Shown here: positions 26,759-38,121 of the stretch, piece after piece
Numbering within the stretch: position 1 is the stretch's first letter
How the letters are laid out: every line of letters begins with the position of its first letter
Origin: Acidobacteriota bacterium
Lineage (GTDB): Bacteria > Acidobacteriota > Thermoanaerobaculia > Gp7-AA8
Direction of reading: 5' to 3'
Assembly (NCBI GenBank): GCA_019244185.1
Contig: JAFATB010000025.1
Span: forward strand, 1 to 64,000
Length of the DNA stretch: 64,000 nt
Notes under the pieces: generated by a model
Seen by the model: the letters and a program-made list of their open reading frames with translations, nothing else
What the model was told of the DNA's origin: nothing
The model's database searches: none
Program-made: the position numbers and the translations under genes

Positions 26759-27513
26759 GGCGCGGGCGGCGCTCCTTCGACGATGTTCGTCTCCTCCTGC
26801 CGCGACACGACCACGGAGATCGGATCGCGGCCCGAGACCGGCGCGCCGCGCAGAGGATACTGCCGAATGATGATCCCGTCCGCGATTCCGGGATACGTCT
26901 CGAACTTCACCGTGGCGACGTGCAGTCCGCGCTGCTCGAGCGCGGGACGCACGGCATCGAGCCGCTGATCGATGAGATCGGGCATCACGTACTGCGGCGG
27001 CTGCGGCGGCACGGCGACGAGAAACGAGACGCCGCTCTGCGGCGCGACGACCGTCGTCTTCGGCGGATCGGCCGCGAGAATGCCCTTATCGTCCGCCGGC
27101 ACGTAGCTGAGGTTCGCGAGCTTGAGGTTCTGCTGGCCGAGCCGCAGCATGCCGGTGCCCGCGGTCTCGCCGGCGAGATCGGGCACGCGCAGCACGAGCG
27201 GTCCCGCGCTCAGCTCGACTTTGATGAGGCTTCCGCGCTTGATGAAGTTCGTGTTGCCGGGCGTGCGGTTCTGCCAGACGATGCGGTCGACGGGCACTTT
27301 GTCGTCGTTGCGGCGATGCGTCTCATCGACTTCGAGATCGACGCCGAGGTCTCGCGTGATCGCGCGCGCTTCGGTCACCGTGCGGCCGACGAGATTCGGC
27401 GTCGGCAGCGAGCGCCCTTTGACGAAGAACGTGAACGAGAAGTACGTGCTGCCGCCGAAGACGACGAGGAGCACGATGGCGAAGAGCAGGTTCTGAAGAC
27501 AGCCGCGCTTCAT
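26755..27513 (-). CDS. PASTA domain-containing membrane protein
   Basis: One TM then three PASTA-like repeats (TPNLVG, VPDLAG, MPDLID). Confidence 0.88.
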   Translation of the reverse strand: MKRGCLQNLLFAIVLLVVFGGSTYFSFTFFVKGRSLPTPNLVGRTVTEARAITRDLGVDLEVDETHRRNDDKVPVDRIVWQNRTPGNTNFIKRGSLIKVELSAGPLVLRVPDLAGETAGTGMLRLGQQNLKLANLSYVPADDKGILAADPPKTTVVAPQSGVSFLVAVPPQPPQYVMPDLIDQRLDAVRPALEQRGLHVATVKFETYPGIADGIIIRQYPLRGAPVSGRDPISVVVSRQEETNIVEGAPPAP

Positions 27514-30017
27514 CGCCTCTCGGCGTGCTCGTCGCCGCCGCGATCCTGTGCGCTCTTCTTCTCATGCTCGGCGCGGTACTCCGCCTCGTCGTACTTGCGG
27601 TCGTGCGCGTCCTTGACGAGGTAGAGCGGGATCAGCGTCTCTTTCCAGACGTCCTCGACGCGCTCGGCGAAGAGGAACTGCAGTCCCGCGCGGATCTCCT
27701 CGGGCACTTCGGTGAGATCTTTGCGATTCCCTGCCGGCAGGATCACGGTCTTGATGTTCGCGCGATGCGCGGCCATCACTTTCTCCTTGATGCCACCGAC
27801 CGAGAGCACCTTGCCACGCAGCGTGATCTCGCCCGTCATCGCCACGTCGTGACGCACGGGACGCTCGCCCATCACCGACGCGATGCACGTGGCGATGGCG
27901 ACGCCGGCGGACGGGCCGTCTTTCGGGATCGCGCCCGCGGGGAAGTGGATGTGGATGTCGTGCTCGGTGAACTGCCGGTCTTCGATGTCGAGCTCGTGCG
28001 CCTTCGAGCGGACGTACGAGTACGCCGCCTGCACCGACTCGCGCATGACGTCGCCGAGTTGTCCCGTGACCGTCGTGCGGCCGGTGCCGGGCATGCGCGT
28101 GGCCTCGATGAACATGATCTCGCCGCCAAACTGCGTCCACGCGAGACCGGTCGTCACGCCGATCTCGGGATGGCGTTCCGCGAACTCGTGCTCGTACTTC
28201 GGCAGGCCGAGGTACGACTCGACGTCGGCGGCCGTCACGCGGTAGTGCGCCGGTTCCGCGCCTTCGGCCTGCGGCTCCGCGCTCGCCACTTTGCGCGCGA
28301 TCTTGCGCAGCACATTGGCGAGACTGCGTTCGAGATTGCGCACGCCCGATTCCGCGGTGTAGTCGCGGATGATGTGCAGGATCGCGTCGTCGTCGATCGT
28401 CACCTGCTCGCTCGAGAGGCCGTGATTCTCGAGCAGCTCCGGCACGAGATGCCGCGTGGCGATGGCGAGCTTCTCGTTCTCCGTGTAGCCGGAGAGACGG
28501 ATGACTTCCATGCGGTCGCGCAGCGGCCCCGGAATCATGTCGAGGATGTTCGCCGTGCAGACGAAGAGCGTGTGCGAGAGATCGAACGGGATCTCGAGGT
28601 AGCGATCGACGAACGCGTGGTTCTGTTTCGGATCGAGCACCTCGAGCAGCGCCGACGAGGGGTCGCCGCGGAAGTCTTTCCCGATCTTGTCGATCTCGTC
28701 GATCATGATCAGCGGGTTGTTCACGCCGACCTGCGTGTAGCTGTTGATGAGCTTTCCCGGCATCGCGCCGATGTAGGTCTTGCGATGGCCGCGAATCTCC
28801 GATTCGTCGGTCACGCCGCCGACGGCCATGCGCACGAACTTGCGGCCGAGCGCGTCGGCGATCGCGGCGCCGAGGGAGGTCTTGCCGACGCCGGGAGGCC
28901 CGACGAAGCAGAGAATCGGGCCTTTGAGATCGCCCTTCAGCTTGAGCACGGCCAGAAACTCGAGCACGCGCTCCTTCACCTTCTCCAACCCGTAATGCCG
29001 CTGGTCGAGAATCTCCTCGGCCTTCTGCAAATCGAGCCGGTCGTCGGTGTGCTGCGTCCACGGCAGCTGCAGCACCGTGTCGAGATGCCCTTTGATCACC
29101 GCGTAGTCGGACGATGACTGCGAGAGCTGCCCCATGCGCGTGACTTCGCGGCGCAGCTGCTGCTTGTGCTCTTCGGCGAGCGGCAGCGCCTCGATGCGAT
29201 CGCGGTACGTGTCCGCTTCGCGCTCGGCGGGGTTCGTCTCTCCGAGTTCGTCCTGAATGATGCGCAGTTGTTCGCGGAGATAGTTCTCGCGGTCGCGGCG
29301 ATCGATCGACGTCTGGATCTGCCGCTGCAGCTCGCGATCGACGGTGGCGCGGCCGAGGTCGCGCTGGACCCATTCGATGAGCAGCTCGATGCGCTCGATC
29401 GGATTCACGGTCTCGAGCAGGAGCTGCTTCTCTTCGAGCGGGAAGTTGACGAAGGACGAGATGAGATCCGCGAAAACGTCGGGACCTTCGTCCATGTTGC
29501 TGCGCACGACGTTGAGAAGCTCGTTCGAATACTTCGAGTCGCTCTCCACTAGCTTCTCGAAGAGCGAGAGCGCCTTCCCCATCAGCTGATCGGTCTTGAC
29601 GGTCTTCGGGATCGGGCGCGGCGCGACTTCGCGCAGGCGCGCCTCGAAGTACGGCTCGTTTTGCAGCATCTGCACGAGCTCGACGCGCTGGCGGCCCTGG
29701 AGGAAGAGCTGGTAGCGGTCGGCGGAAAGCGGAAGCCGCTGCACGATCGCGGCGAGGACACCGATCTGCGCGAGGTCTTCCGGCTTCGGGTTTTCCTTGT
29801 CACCCGACTTCTGGCAGAACGCGGCGATCAGGTTCTGATCGTCGGGCAGGCTCTTGAGGAGGCGGACATTGCGGTCGATGCCGACCTGGAGCGAGAGCAC
29901 GCCGCCGGGAAAAAGCACGGACGAGACGAGAGGGATGATCGGCAGCCGGCTGGGGACGTCGAGGTCGACCCAGTCGGGACCGTTGGGATTCGATTTGCCG
30001 CGAGCTGTTTGTGCCAT
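27510..30017 (-). CDS. lon: ATP-dependent Lon protease
   Basis: Start moved to ATG 30017 (MAQTARGK); [28 protein letters not shown]. Confidence 0.97.
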   Translation of the reverse strand: MAQTARGKSNPNGPDWVDLDVPSRLPIIPLVSSVLFPGGVLSLQVGIDRNVRLLKSLPDDQNLIAAFCQKSGDKENPKPEDLAQIGVLAAIVQRLPLSADRYQLFLQGRQRVELVQMLQNEPYFEARLREVAPRPIPKTVKTDQLMGKALSLFEKLVESDSKYSNELLNVVRSNMDEGPDVFADLISSFVNFPLEEKQLLLETVNPIERIELLIEWVQRDLGRATVDRELQRQIQTSIDRRDRENYLREQLRIIQDELGETNPAEREADTYRDRIEALPLAEEHKQQLRREVTRMGQLSQSSSDYAVIKGHLDTVLQLPWTQHTDDRLDLQKAEEILDQRHYGLEKVKERVLEFLAVLKLKGDLKGPILCFVGPPGVGKTSLGAAIADALGRKFVRMAVGGVTDESEIRGHRKTYIGAMPGKLINSYTQVGVNNPLIMIDEIDKIGKDFRGDPSSALLEVLDPKQNHAFVDRYLEIPFDLSHTLFVCTANILDMIPGPLRDRMEVIRLSGYTENEKLAIATRHLVPELLENHGLSSEQVTIDDDAILHIIRDYTAESGVRNLERSLANVLRKIARKVASAEPQAEGAEPAHYRVTAADVESYLGLPKYEHEFAERHPEIGVTTGLAWTQFGGEIMFIEATRMPGTGRTTVTGQLGDVMRESVQAAYSYVRSKAHELDIEDRQFTEHDIHIHFPAGAIPKDGPSAGVAIATCIASVMGERPVRHDVAMTGEITLRGKVLSVGGIKEKVMAAHRANIKTVILPAGNRKDLTEVPEEIRAGLQFLFAERVEDVWKETLIPLYLVKDAHDRKYDEAEYRAEHEKKSAQDRGGDEHAERR

Positions 30018-30196
30018 GCGCCGTTTTGCTTTTTCGACCGCCGCGCATTGTAAGCGGCGGCGGTGACGAGGAAAACACGTTTCCGCCCGGGGCGAATTGC
30101 GCGCGGCGCCTGCGGTACACTCGCCTCGTTGCCACTTCGGCACGCGGCTCGCAGAAATTGCTCAGCTGGACGGGCTCGCGCAGCCGCCGCGATTCG

Positions 30197-31183
30197 ATGA
30201 CTGAACCCTTTTCGCTCGACCCGAGCCTCAAGCGGGCGGACCTGCACTGCCACAGCCGCTTCTCGGTGTTCAAGTACTTCCGCCGCGCGAATACTCGCGA
30301 CTGCTACAACGCGCCGGAAGACGTCTACCGCATCGCCAAAGAGCGCGGCATGGCGTACGTCACGCTGACCGATCACGATTCGATCGACGGCGCGCTGTAT
30401 CTGCTCAACAAGTTTCCGGACATGCAGGACTTCTTCATCGGGGAGGAAGTCGAGACGTACTTTCCGGAGACCGGCCAGCGCATCCACATCGGCGTATGGG
30501 ATCTCAACGAGGAACAGCACCGCGAGATCCAGCGGCTGCGCCCGAATATCCGCGAGCTGATCCCGTACATGAAGTCGCAGCAGCTGATCTTCGGGATCAA
30601 TCACCTCTTTCAGAACTATCGGATGAAGAACGTCGCGGCGCGCTACATCAGCGAGCTGCTGGACATGTTCAACGTCTTCGAGGTGATGAACGGCGCGATG
30701 GCGTCGTTTCATAACCGGATGGTGCAGCAGCTCGTGCAGCACGTGAAAGAGCAGCACGGCCGGCAGGTGTCGATGGTCGGCGGCTCCGACGCGCACACGC
30801 TCAAACACGTGGCGAAGGTGCACACGGTGTCGCGCGGCGAGACCGTGCGCGAGTTCCTCGACAACATCCGCGCCGGCAACTGCTTCGCCTGGGGCAGCGA
30901 GATGCGCTTCCGCGAGCTCGTCGCCGACATCTACCTGCTCACGATGGCGTACCAGAGCGAGATGGGCGCCGACCTCCGCTCCGAGCACTACAGCGCCGTC
31001 GACAAAACGATCCAGCTCGCCGGCCGCCTCGCGTCGATCCCGACCGCGATCTCCGGCCTCCCCGCCGCCGTCACGTCGCTCAACTACCTCAAGCAGATCG
31101 TCGTGACGAAAGGCCTCAGCCTGCGCTTCTCGAAACTGGTCGAGGAAATCCGGCCGGGGCTGGGCGGCGGCGGGCAGCAGTAG
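30197..31183 (+). CDS. PHP-domain phosphoesterase
   Basis: Start ATG 30197; ADLHCHS, TDHD, NH, GGSDAH. Confidence 0.88.
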   Translation: MTEPFSLDPSLKRADLHCHSRFSVFKYFRRANTRDCYNAPEDVYRIAKERGMAYVTLTDHDSIDGALYLLNKFPDMQDFFIGEEVETYFPETGQRIHIGVWDLNEEQHREIQRLRPNIRELIPYMKSQQLIFGINHLFQNYRMKNVAARYISELLDMFNVFEVMNGAMASFHNRMVQQLVQHVKEQHGRQVSMVGGSDAHTLKHVAKVHTVSRGETVREFLDNIRAGNCFAWGSEMRFRELVADIYLLTMAYQSEMGADLRSEHYSAVDKTIQLAGRLASIPTAISGLPAAVTSLNYLKQIVVTKGLSLRFSKLVEEIRPGLGGGGQQ

Positions 31184-31212
31184 GGGCGCAGCGCGCGGCG
31201 TACAATCGCCGC

Positions 31213-31698
31213 ATGGATCTGTCGCGCCTGCTCAAGATCATCGTTGGCGTCGCCATCGTGCTCGTGGTCTGGAAGACCGTGCTGCCGAAACTGAAAGACT
31301 CGCACGGCCCCGATACGACGGTGCAGTCGTCGACGGCCTCGCGCAACGCGTCGCCGCTCGCGGGCGGCGGGCAGTGCGTCGCGGCGGCGCAGCGGGCGTC
31401 GGAGGCGTGGGGCGGCGGGATCTCGCGCTTCGCGAATCCGCCGTACGATCAGAACGCGTGGGCGTCGTTCCGCTCCGACGTCGACACGCGCATCGGCAAC
31501 GCGGACTCGCTCTGCTCGTGCAGCGATCAGGCGTGCACGAAGAGCGCGGAGGCGTTGCACGATCTGCGCGGTCTCGTCTCGGAAGTCGACGGCACGATCC
31601 GCAACGGTGCCGAGCCGCCGTCGAACCTCGTCTCGCGGCAGGAAGAGATCGACAACCGGCTCAACGAGGCGCACGACTTGGTTCGCGCGGGGCGCTAG
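31213..31698 (+). CDS. Hypothetical membrane-anchored protein with four Cys
   Basis: N-terminal TM; TACAAT 6 nt upstream of ATG. Confidence 0.7.
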   Translation: MDLSRLLKIIVGVAIVLVVWKTVLPKLKDSHGPDTTVQSSTASRNASPLAGGGQCVAAAQRASEAWGGGISRFANPPYDQNAWASFRSDVDTRIGNADSLCSCSDQACTKSAEALHDLRGLVSEVDGTIRNGAEPPSNLVSRQEEIDNRLNEAHDLVRAGR

Positions 31699-31721
31699 TT
31701 CCCGCGCGGGGCGCTAGTTCC
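31684..31721. repeat. 19-bp tandem duplication spanning a stop codon
   Basis: CGCGCGGGGCGCTAGTTCC x2. Confidence 0.7.
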
Positions 31722-31773
31722 GCACGCCACAATTTCTCCCGCTTCGTGTCCTTCCGCATGAAAGGACATACGG

Positions 31774-31944
31774 ATGCATTACGAGAAATACAAGGACAAC
31801 CGGGGCGAGTGGCGATGGACGTTCTACAGCGGGAACAACAAGATCATCGCGGTGTCGAGCGAGGGGTACGACACCGAACGCGCCTGCGATGACAGCATCG
31901 CGCTGATCAAAGGCTCGGCGAACGCCCCCGTGCGCACGCGATGA
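31774..31944 (+). CDS. YegP/DUF1508-family small protein (56 aa)
   Basis: Not in ORF track; MHYEKYKDNRGEWRWTFYSGNNKIIAVSSEGYDTERACDDSIALIKGSANAPVRTR; AAAGGA SD. Confidence 0.88.
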   Translation: MHYEKYKDNRGEWRWTFYSGNNKIIAVSSEGYDTERACDDSIALIKGSANAPVRTR

Positions 31945-31991
31945 TGCGTTGAGCGCGAGCGAGCGCCGCGACGGCGCTCGCTCGTCCTTCC

Positions 31992-33272
31992 CTACTCGCG
32001 CACGATCTCCACGCGACGGTTCTGCGCGCGGCCGAGGCTCGTGTCGTTGGTCGCGAGAGGCTGCGTGGCGCCGAGGCCGGTGGCGGTGAGGCGTGAGGCC
32101 TCGATGCCGGCGGCGGCGAGGTAGCTCTTCACCGATTCCGCGCGCCGCGCGGAGAGCTGCTGGTTGTGCTCGGCGCTCGCGGTCGAATCGGTGTGTCCCT
32201 CGATCGTGATCTTCCAGGCGGCGTTCGTCTTGAGGATCGCGGCGAGCTTGTCGAGGGTTGGCTTCGACTCGGCGCGGATCTGATCGGAGTCGATGTCGAA
32301 GTTGATCCCGTAGAGGCGGACGCGCTTCTGCTGTTCGAGCTCCGACTCGAGCGGATCCTTCAGCTTCCACGCCGCGCACGTCTGCGGCGTGCCGGACTTC
32401 TTCGTGGCCTCGAGTAGCGCGATGGTCGGATGTTCGACGACCTTGCTGTCGGCGCGCCACCAGCCGCCAGCGAGGCGCTTGCCGTCGCCGCTGATGACGA
32501 GCACCGCCGGACCCTTACCGTTCTCGCCGAAGTCGGCGGCGAACTTCAGCACGCGTCCTTCGATGCCGCCGACGAACGGCCGCTCGTCGATGCATCCCGC
32601 GACGGTCGTGCCGTCCTGTTTGAGCTCGAACGAGCCGGCGGCGTTGAACGTCCATGAGCCGGTGACGCTCGGCGCGCTGTCGTGCGTCAGCCGGTCGCCG
32701 TACGCTTCTAGCTCCATGATCTGCACGATGTCGCCGCTCTGCACCGACTTCGCCGTCACGCGCAGCCAGCGGCCGGGCACCTGCGCCGTCACCGGGAACG
32801 CGCGGCCGTCGAGCTCTTCGGGCGGCAGCTGCAGATCGGCGATTGTTTGAAAGCCGCTGTCCGGTCCCGCGTCCGACATCTCGAGAAGCAGCTCCTTCGG
32901 ACGCCGCGACTCGATCTCGTCGTTCTTCGTCGCGAAGCGAAACTCGTGAATGGTGCTGCGGTCGCCGAGCTCGATGACGACCGGCTCCGCGAGCTTGTCG
33001 CTCGTCCAGCCGGTGCGGTCGTCGCCGTCGAGCATGTAGTACGGATCGCCGAGCGACTCCGGCTTCACGGCGATCGTCGCGCCCGCGGCCATCGAGGCGA
33101 GGTTCTCCTGCTGTTGCGCGCTCGTCGACGCTGTCGCTGTCGATGGCGCAGCGGCAGCAGACGATGTCGTCGCGGCGCTCTCGGTCGCGGACGACGACGA
33201 GACCGCGGATTCGTGACGCGCGCACGCGAGGACTGCGGCGCAGCCGAGCGCGAGGAGAGCGAGCTTGTGCAT
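31992..33272 (-). CDS. OmpA-family lipoprotein with discoidin (F5/8C)-like domain
   Basis: Lipobox VLAC; MLDGDDRTGW...RWLRV...IMELEAYG; INFDIDS, IEGHTD, NQQLSARRA, RAQNRRVE. Confidence 0.88.
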   Translation of the reverse strand: MHKLALLALGCAAVLACARHESAVSSSSATESAATTSSAAAAPSTATASTSAQQQENLASMAAGATIAVKPESLGDPYYMLDGDDRTGWTSDKLAEPVVIELGDRSTIHEFRFATKNDEIESRRPKELLLEMSDAGPDSGFQTIADLQLPPEELDGRAFPVTAQVPGRWLRVTAKSVQSGDIVQIMELEAYGDRLTHDSAPSVTGSWTFNAAGSFELKQDGTTVAGCIDERPFVGGIEGRVLKFAADFGENGKGPAVLVISGDGKRLAGGWWRADSKVVEHPTIALLEATKKSGTPQTCAAWKLKDPLESELEQQKRVRLYGINFDIDSDQIRAESKPTLDKLAAILKTNAAWKITIEGHTDSTASAEHNQQLSARRAESVKSYLAAAGIEASRLTATGLGATQPLATNDTSLGRAQNRRVEIVRE

Positions 33273-33306
33273 AGGCTCGCGAGAATAGCGGGCGCGCCGC
33301 GATTTG

Positions 33307-33855
33307 TCAGCGCTCGCGTTGCGCCGCCTCGCGCAGCTCCGCGAAGAGCGTCACGAGCTGCGCCGGCTGATAGTTCGCATTGAGGCCGCTCGGATTCGGC
33401 AGCACCCAGATGCGCGTCTTGCCGATGCTCTCGTCCTGCAACCCCAGCTTCGCGCGCGGTCGCCCGAACGCGGTTCGATACGCGCCGATGCCGACGATGG
33501 CGAGATAGCGCGGCGCGAAACGCTTCACTTTCTGCTCGAGGATCTCGCCGCCCTCGACGAGCTCCTCGTTCGTCAGCTCCGCCGCGGCCGCCGTCGCGCG
33601 CGCGACGAGGTTCGTGATGCCGCAGCCGTAGCGCAGCAGCTCGAACTGCTCGCTCGGATGGAAGAGCCGCGGCGTGAAGCCGGCGCGGTGCAGGACGGGC
33701 CAGAAGCGATTGCCCGGACGTCCGAAATGCTGCTGCACGGCGGCGGTGTAGAGACCGGGATTGATCCCGCAGAAGAGGACGTCGAGATCGGGAGCGATGA
33801 CGTCGGGAAGGGTCTTCCCGGCCGCCGCTGCGAGTTCCGTCTTGCTCGGTCTCAG
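33307..33855 (-). CDS. mug: G/U mismatch-specific DNA glycosylase
   Basis: Frame extends upstream of the track ORF through LFCGINPG; HFGRPGNRFW, LPNPSGLN. Start uncertain (possibly CTG overlapping the upstream TGA). Confidence 0.88.
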   Translation of the reverse strand: MRPSKTELAAAAGKTLPDVIAPDLDVLFCGINPGLYTAAVQQHFGRPGNRFWPVLHRAGFTPRLFHPSEQFELLRYGCGITNLVARATAAAAELTNEELVEGGEILEQKVKRFAPRYLAIVGIGAYRTAFGRPRAKLGLQDESIGKTRIWVLPNPSGLNANYQPAQLVTLFAELREAAQRER

Positions 33856-35666
33856 AAGTTGAACGCCAGTCCGCCGATGTACTTCTTCGCGTGTCCCTCT
33901 TCCTGCAGCGTGTCGACGAGGAACGGCGAGTTCTCCGCGCGCGCGAGCTCGAGGCCGAGAAGCAGCTTGATGTCGATCGGCAGATAGAGCGACTGCGCCA
34001 TCTGCAAGTTCACCCGCGCCGTGCGGTACTCCCCTTCGCTCACGCCGCGCGGCTGCTCGATCTCGCGATACGACACCGCGAGCGTCGTGCGCGTCGGCGT
34101 GAACGTCGACTGCAGGTCGCCCGTGACGTAGTTCTTGCGCTGCTCGTGCAGCGACGCCTCGCGCGGCGTGGCCGTGCCGGCGCTCGTGGCGACGTCCACC
34201 GCGAAGCGGTTGCCGATCTCACGTCGATACGCGACGCGCACGTCGCGGCGCACGTCGCCCGTGTCGACGTACAAGCCATCCCAGAACTGATCGTCGGCGT
34301 CGTTGAACACCACGCGCAGCGGATCGTCGACCGCGGTCACCGTCGCAATCGCGGAGAAGCGGTTCTTCCGATCCTTCCCCGTGACGAATCCGAACGTGTA
34401 CGCGTACCTCGGCAGCACGCGTCCGTCCTCGGACCAGTAGACGAGCGTCGGCATGTCGACGCCCGCGGCGGGATTGCGGTCGAGCACTTTCACGAGCGCC
34501 GAGGCGACGACGGAGGTGTGCTCCGTGATCTTCCACTCCGCGCCGGTGCGCGGCGCCCATTCCTGCCGTTCCATGCCGATGCGGCTGGCCATGCCGTAGT
34601 GCACCATGAGCGACGGCACGATCGAGAGCGTGCCGTCGGCGGAGACGTCGGCGGTGCGGAAGATGTTCGCCGCGCCGATGCTCGTCTGCGCGCCGACGCT
34701 CTCCTGCGTCACGCGCAACGCGACGCCGAGGTCGCTGCGGCGCGTCTGCAGGACGGTGGTGTTGCCGCCGATCTCGATGAGATTCGACGAGCCGTTCGAC
34801 GCACCGGAGGGCACCTGCTCGCGGAAGAGATTGTCCTGCTCGAGATAACGGACCTGCACCTTCGCCGGTCCGTGCTGCCATTCGAAGTTGTGCGCGGTGA
34901 CGTCAGCCTGCTGCTCGCCGGCGACGTCGTCGGTGTAGATCCACGAGCTGCGCGTCGACGCGACGCGATACGAGTCGGTCGGCGACGAGCGGAGCTCCAT
35001 CGACATGACGCTCGACTCCGCGACGGGAGTGCCGAAGCGCGTGTCGTCGGTGGGATCCTCGAAGCGCTGGACGTTACCGCGGATGCCGACCTGCCACGAG
35101 TCGCCGATGCGCCCTTGCACGCCGACCGCCGTCGCCGCGAACGCGGGGTTCGCGACCTGGTTCGAGACGCCGGTGAGCGACCTCATCTCGCCGCGGAAAC
35201 GCGGGATCTCGTACGTGGCCATGGCCATCGGAGCGGCGAGCACGTTGTCGAGCTCGCGCAGGACGTCCGGAGGTAAGGAGCCGCGGAGCTCCCAGATCTC
35301 CTGATTCGCGTCTTTCCGGCGTGCCGTCTGTTCGGACTGCAGCTTGAGCGCGACGCGATGGCTGGACTTCGTCGGAACGATGGTCGCGATGGCGGGGATG
35401 AAGCCCTGCTTGACCGCGATGATCTTGTACATCCCGGCGCGCAGCGTGGGCATGATGAACGAGCCGTCGCTGCCGGAGTAGGTTTGGGTGGCGTTGAAGT
35501 CGTGGAGGTTGAGCGCGATGACGAGGGCGTTGGCGACGGGACGCGCGGCGTTCGTGACGGTGCCGAGGACTTGCAGCGCCGCGGGCAGCGGCGCGTCGGA
35601 GCGGGCAGGAGCGGCGACGACGACCACGATCGCGGCCGCAAAGGCTAGAGCTCGAATCCGGCGCAT
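33852..35666 (-). CDS. Outer-membrane beta-barrel protein with carboxypeptidase-regulatory-like N-terminal domain
   Basis: Real start ATG 35666 (GGAGGA SD; MRRIRALAFAAAIVVVVAAPARS); GTVTN..RPVANALV...DGSF..P.L.AG.YKI.A.K.GF; C-terminal YIGGLAFNF. Confidence 0.78.
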   Translation of the reverse strand: MRRIRALAFAAAIVVVVAAPARSDAPLPAALQVLGTVTNAARPVANALVIALNLHDFNATQTYSGSDGSFIMPTLRAGMYKIIAVKQGFIPAIATIVPTKSSHRVALKLQSEQTARRKDANQEIWELRGSLPPDVLRELDNVLAAPMAMATYEIPRFRGEMRSLTGVSNQVANPAFAATAVGVQGRIGDSWQVGIRGNVQRFEDPTDDTRFGTPVAESSVMSMELRSSPTDSYRVASTRSSWIYTDDVAGEQQADVTAHNFEWQHGPAKVQVRYLEQDNLFREQVPSGASNGSSNLIEIGGNTTVLQTRRSDLGVALRVTQESVGAQTSIGAANIFRTADVSADGTLSIVPSLMVHYGMASRIGMERQEWAPRTGAEWKITEHTSVVASALVKVLDRNPAAGVDMPTLVYWSEDGRVLPRYAYTFGFVTGKDRKNRFSAIATVTAVDDPLRVVFNDADDQFWDGLYVDTGDVRRDVRVAYRREIGNRFAVDVATSAGTATPREASLHEQRKNYVTGDLQSTFTPTRTTLAVSYREIEQPRGVSEGEYRTARVNLQMAQSLYLPIDIKLLLGLELARAENSPFLVDTLQEEGHAKKYIGGLAFNF

Positions 35667-35734
35667 AGTCCTCCTCCGTGCTGTTGTCGAACAACGCCGC
35701 CCGTCACGCCCGAACTTCCCCGGCGATGGTACCT

Positions 35735-37168
<1,434 letters not shown>

Positions 37169-37189
37169 AATTGCGGGCGGAGTCTATCA

Positions 37190-37987
37190 ATGCACGAAGT
37201 CGAGCCGATCCTCGTCGCGGAGCGATTCGCGCCGCTCGATGCCGCGTTGCTCGCACTCCTGCGCTCGCTGACGCCCGACGAATGGCACGCGCCGACCGTC
37301 GCCGGCGCGTGGACGGTCACAGACGTCGCCGCGCATCTGCTCGACACCGCGCTGCGCCGCCTGTCGCTGCAACGCGACGGCTATCTGCGGCCCGTCGACA
37401 TCAACGACCTCGCGACATTCGTGAACGGCATCAACGCCGACTGGGTCAGCGTCGCACGCCGCATCAGTCCCGCGATTCTCATCGAACTGCTCGCGACCTA
37501 CGGCGCGCAGCTGACGCACTATCTCTCCTCGCTCGATCCGTTCGCGGAAGCGCAATGGTCCGTGAGCTGGGCCGGCGAGTCGACGTCCCGCCAGTGGCTC
37601 GACACCGCCCGCGAGCTCACCGAACGCTGGCATCACCAACAGCAGATCCGCGATGCGACGCACCGTGAGCCGCTCTACGAAGGTTTCCTCGAGCCCGTGC
37701 TCGATACGTTCGTCCGCGCGATGCCCTACACGCTGCGCGACGTCGATGCGCCGGAAGGAACGTCCGTCACGCTGCGCGTGACGGGCGTCGTCGACCGCGC
37801 CTGGACCGCCGTTCGCGAAGCGCAATGGACGCTTTACGCCGGCGCAGCAAGTGCGACGTGTACCGTAACGCTCGACGCCGATCGCGCCTGGCGTCTCTTC
37901 ACGCGACAACGCATCGCGCGCGACGCGCAAGTCGACGGCGACCCGAGCCTCGCAAGTCCGATATTGACGATGGTGTCCGTGATCTGA
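37190..37987 (+). CDS. Maleylpyruvate isomerase N-terminal (MDMPI/DinB-like) family protein
   Basis: Start ATG 37190; LTPDEWHAPT..GAWTVTDVAAHL; ERWHHQQQIRDA. Confidence 0.85.
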   Translation: MHEVEPILVAERFAPLDAALLALLRSLTPDEWHAPTVAGAWTVTDVAAHLLDTALRRLSLQRDGYLRPVDINDLATFVNGINADWVSVARRISPAILIELLATYGAQLTHYLSSLDPFAEAQWSVSWAGESTSRQWLDTARELTERWHHQQQIRDATHREPLYEGFLEPVLDTFVRAMPYTLRDVDAPEGTSVTLRVTGVVDRAWTAVREAQWTLYAGAASATCTVTLDADRAWRLFTRQRIARDAQVDGDPSLASPILTMVSVI

Positions 37988-37990
37988 CGA

Positions 37991-38107
37991 GGAGCGCCTC
38001 CGGCGGGCCGGCGCGGCCGGCAGCGCTAAGGGCCAAGCCGAGATGCACGTGCCGGATAGGCTGAGCCCTTAGCGCTGCCGGCCGGGCCGGCCCGCCGGAG
38101 GCGCTCC
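37991..38107. repeat. Long GC-rich inverted repeat (REP/MITE-like hairpin) between convergent genes
   Basis: 49-bp arms 37991-38039 and 38059-38107 with 3 mismatches, 19-nt loop. Confidence 0.85.
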
Positions 38108-38121
38108 CGGTCACTCCCGGT

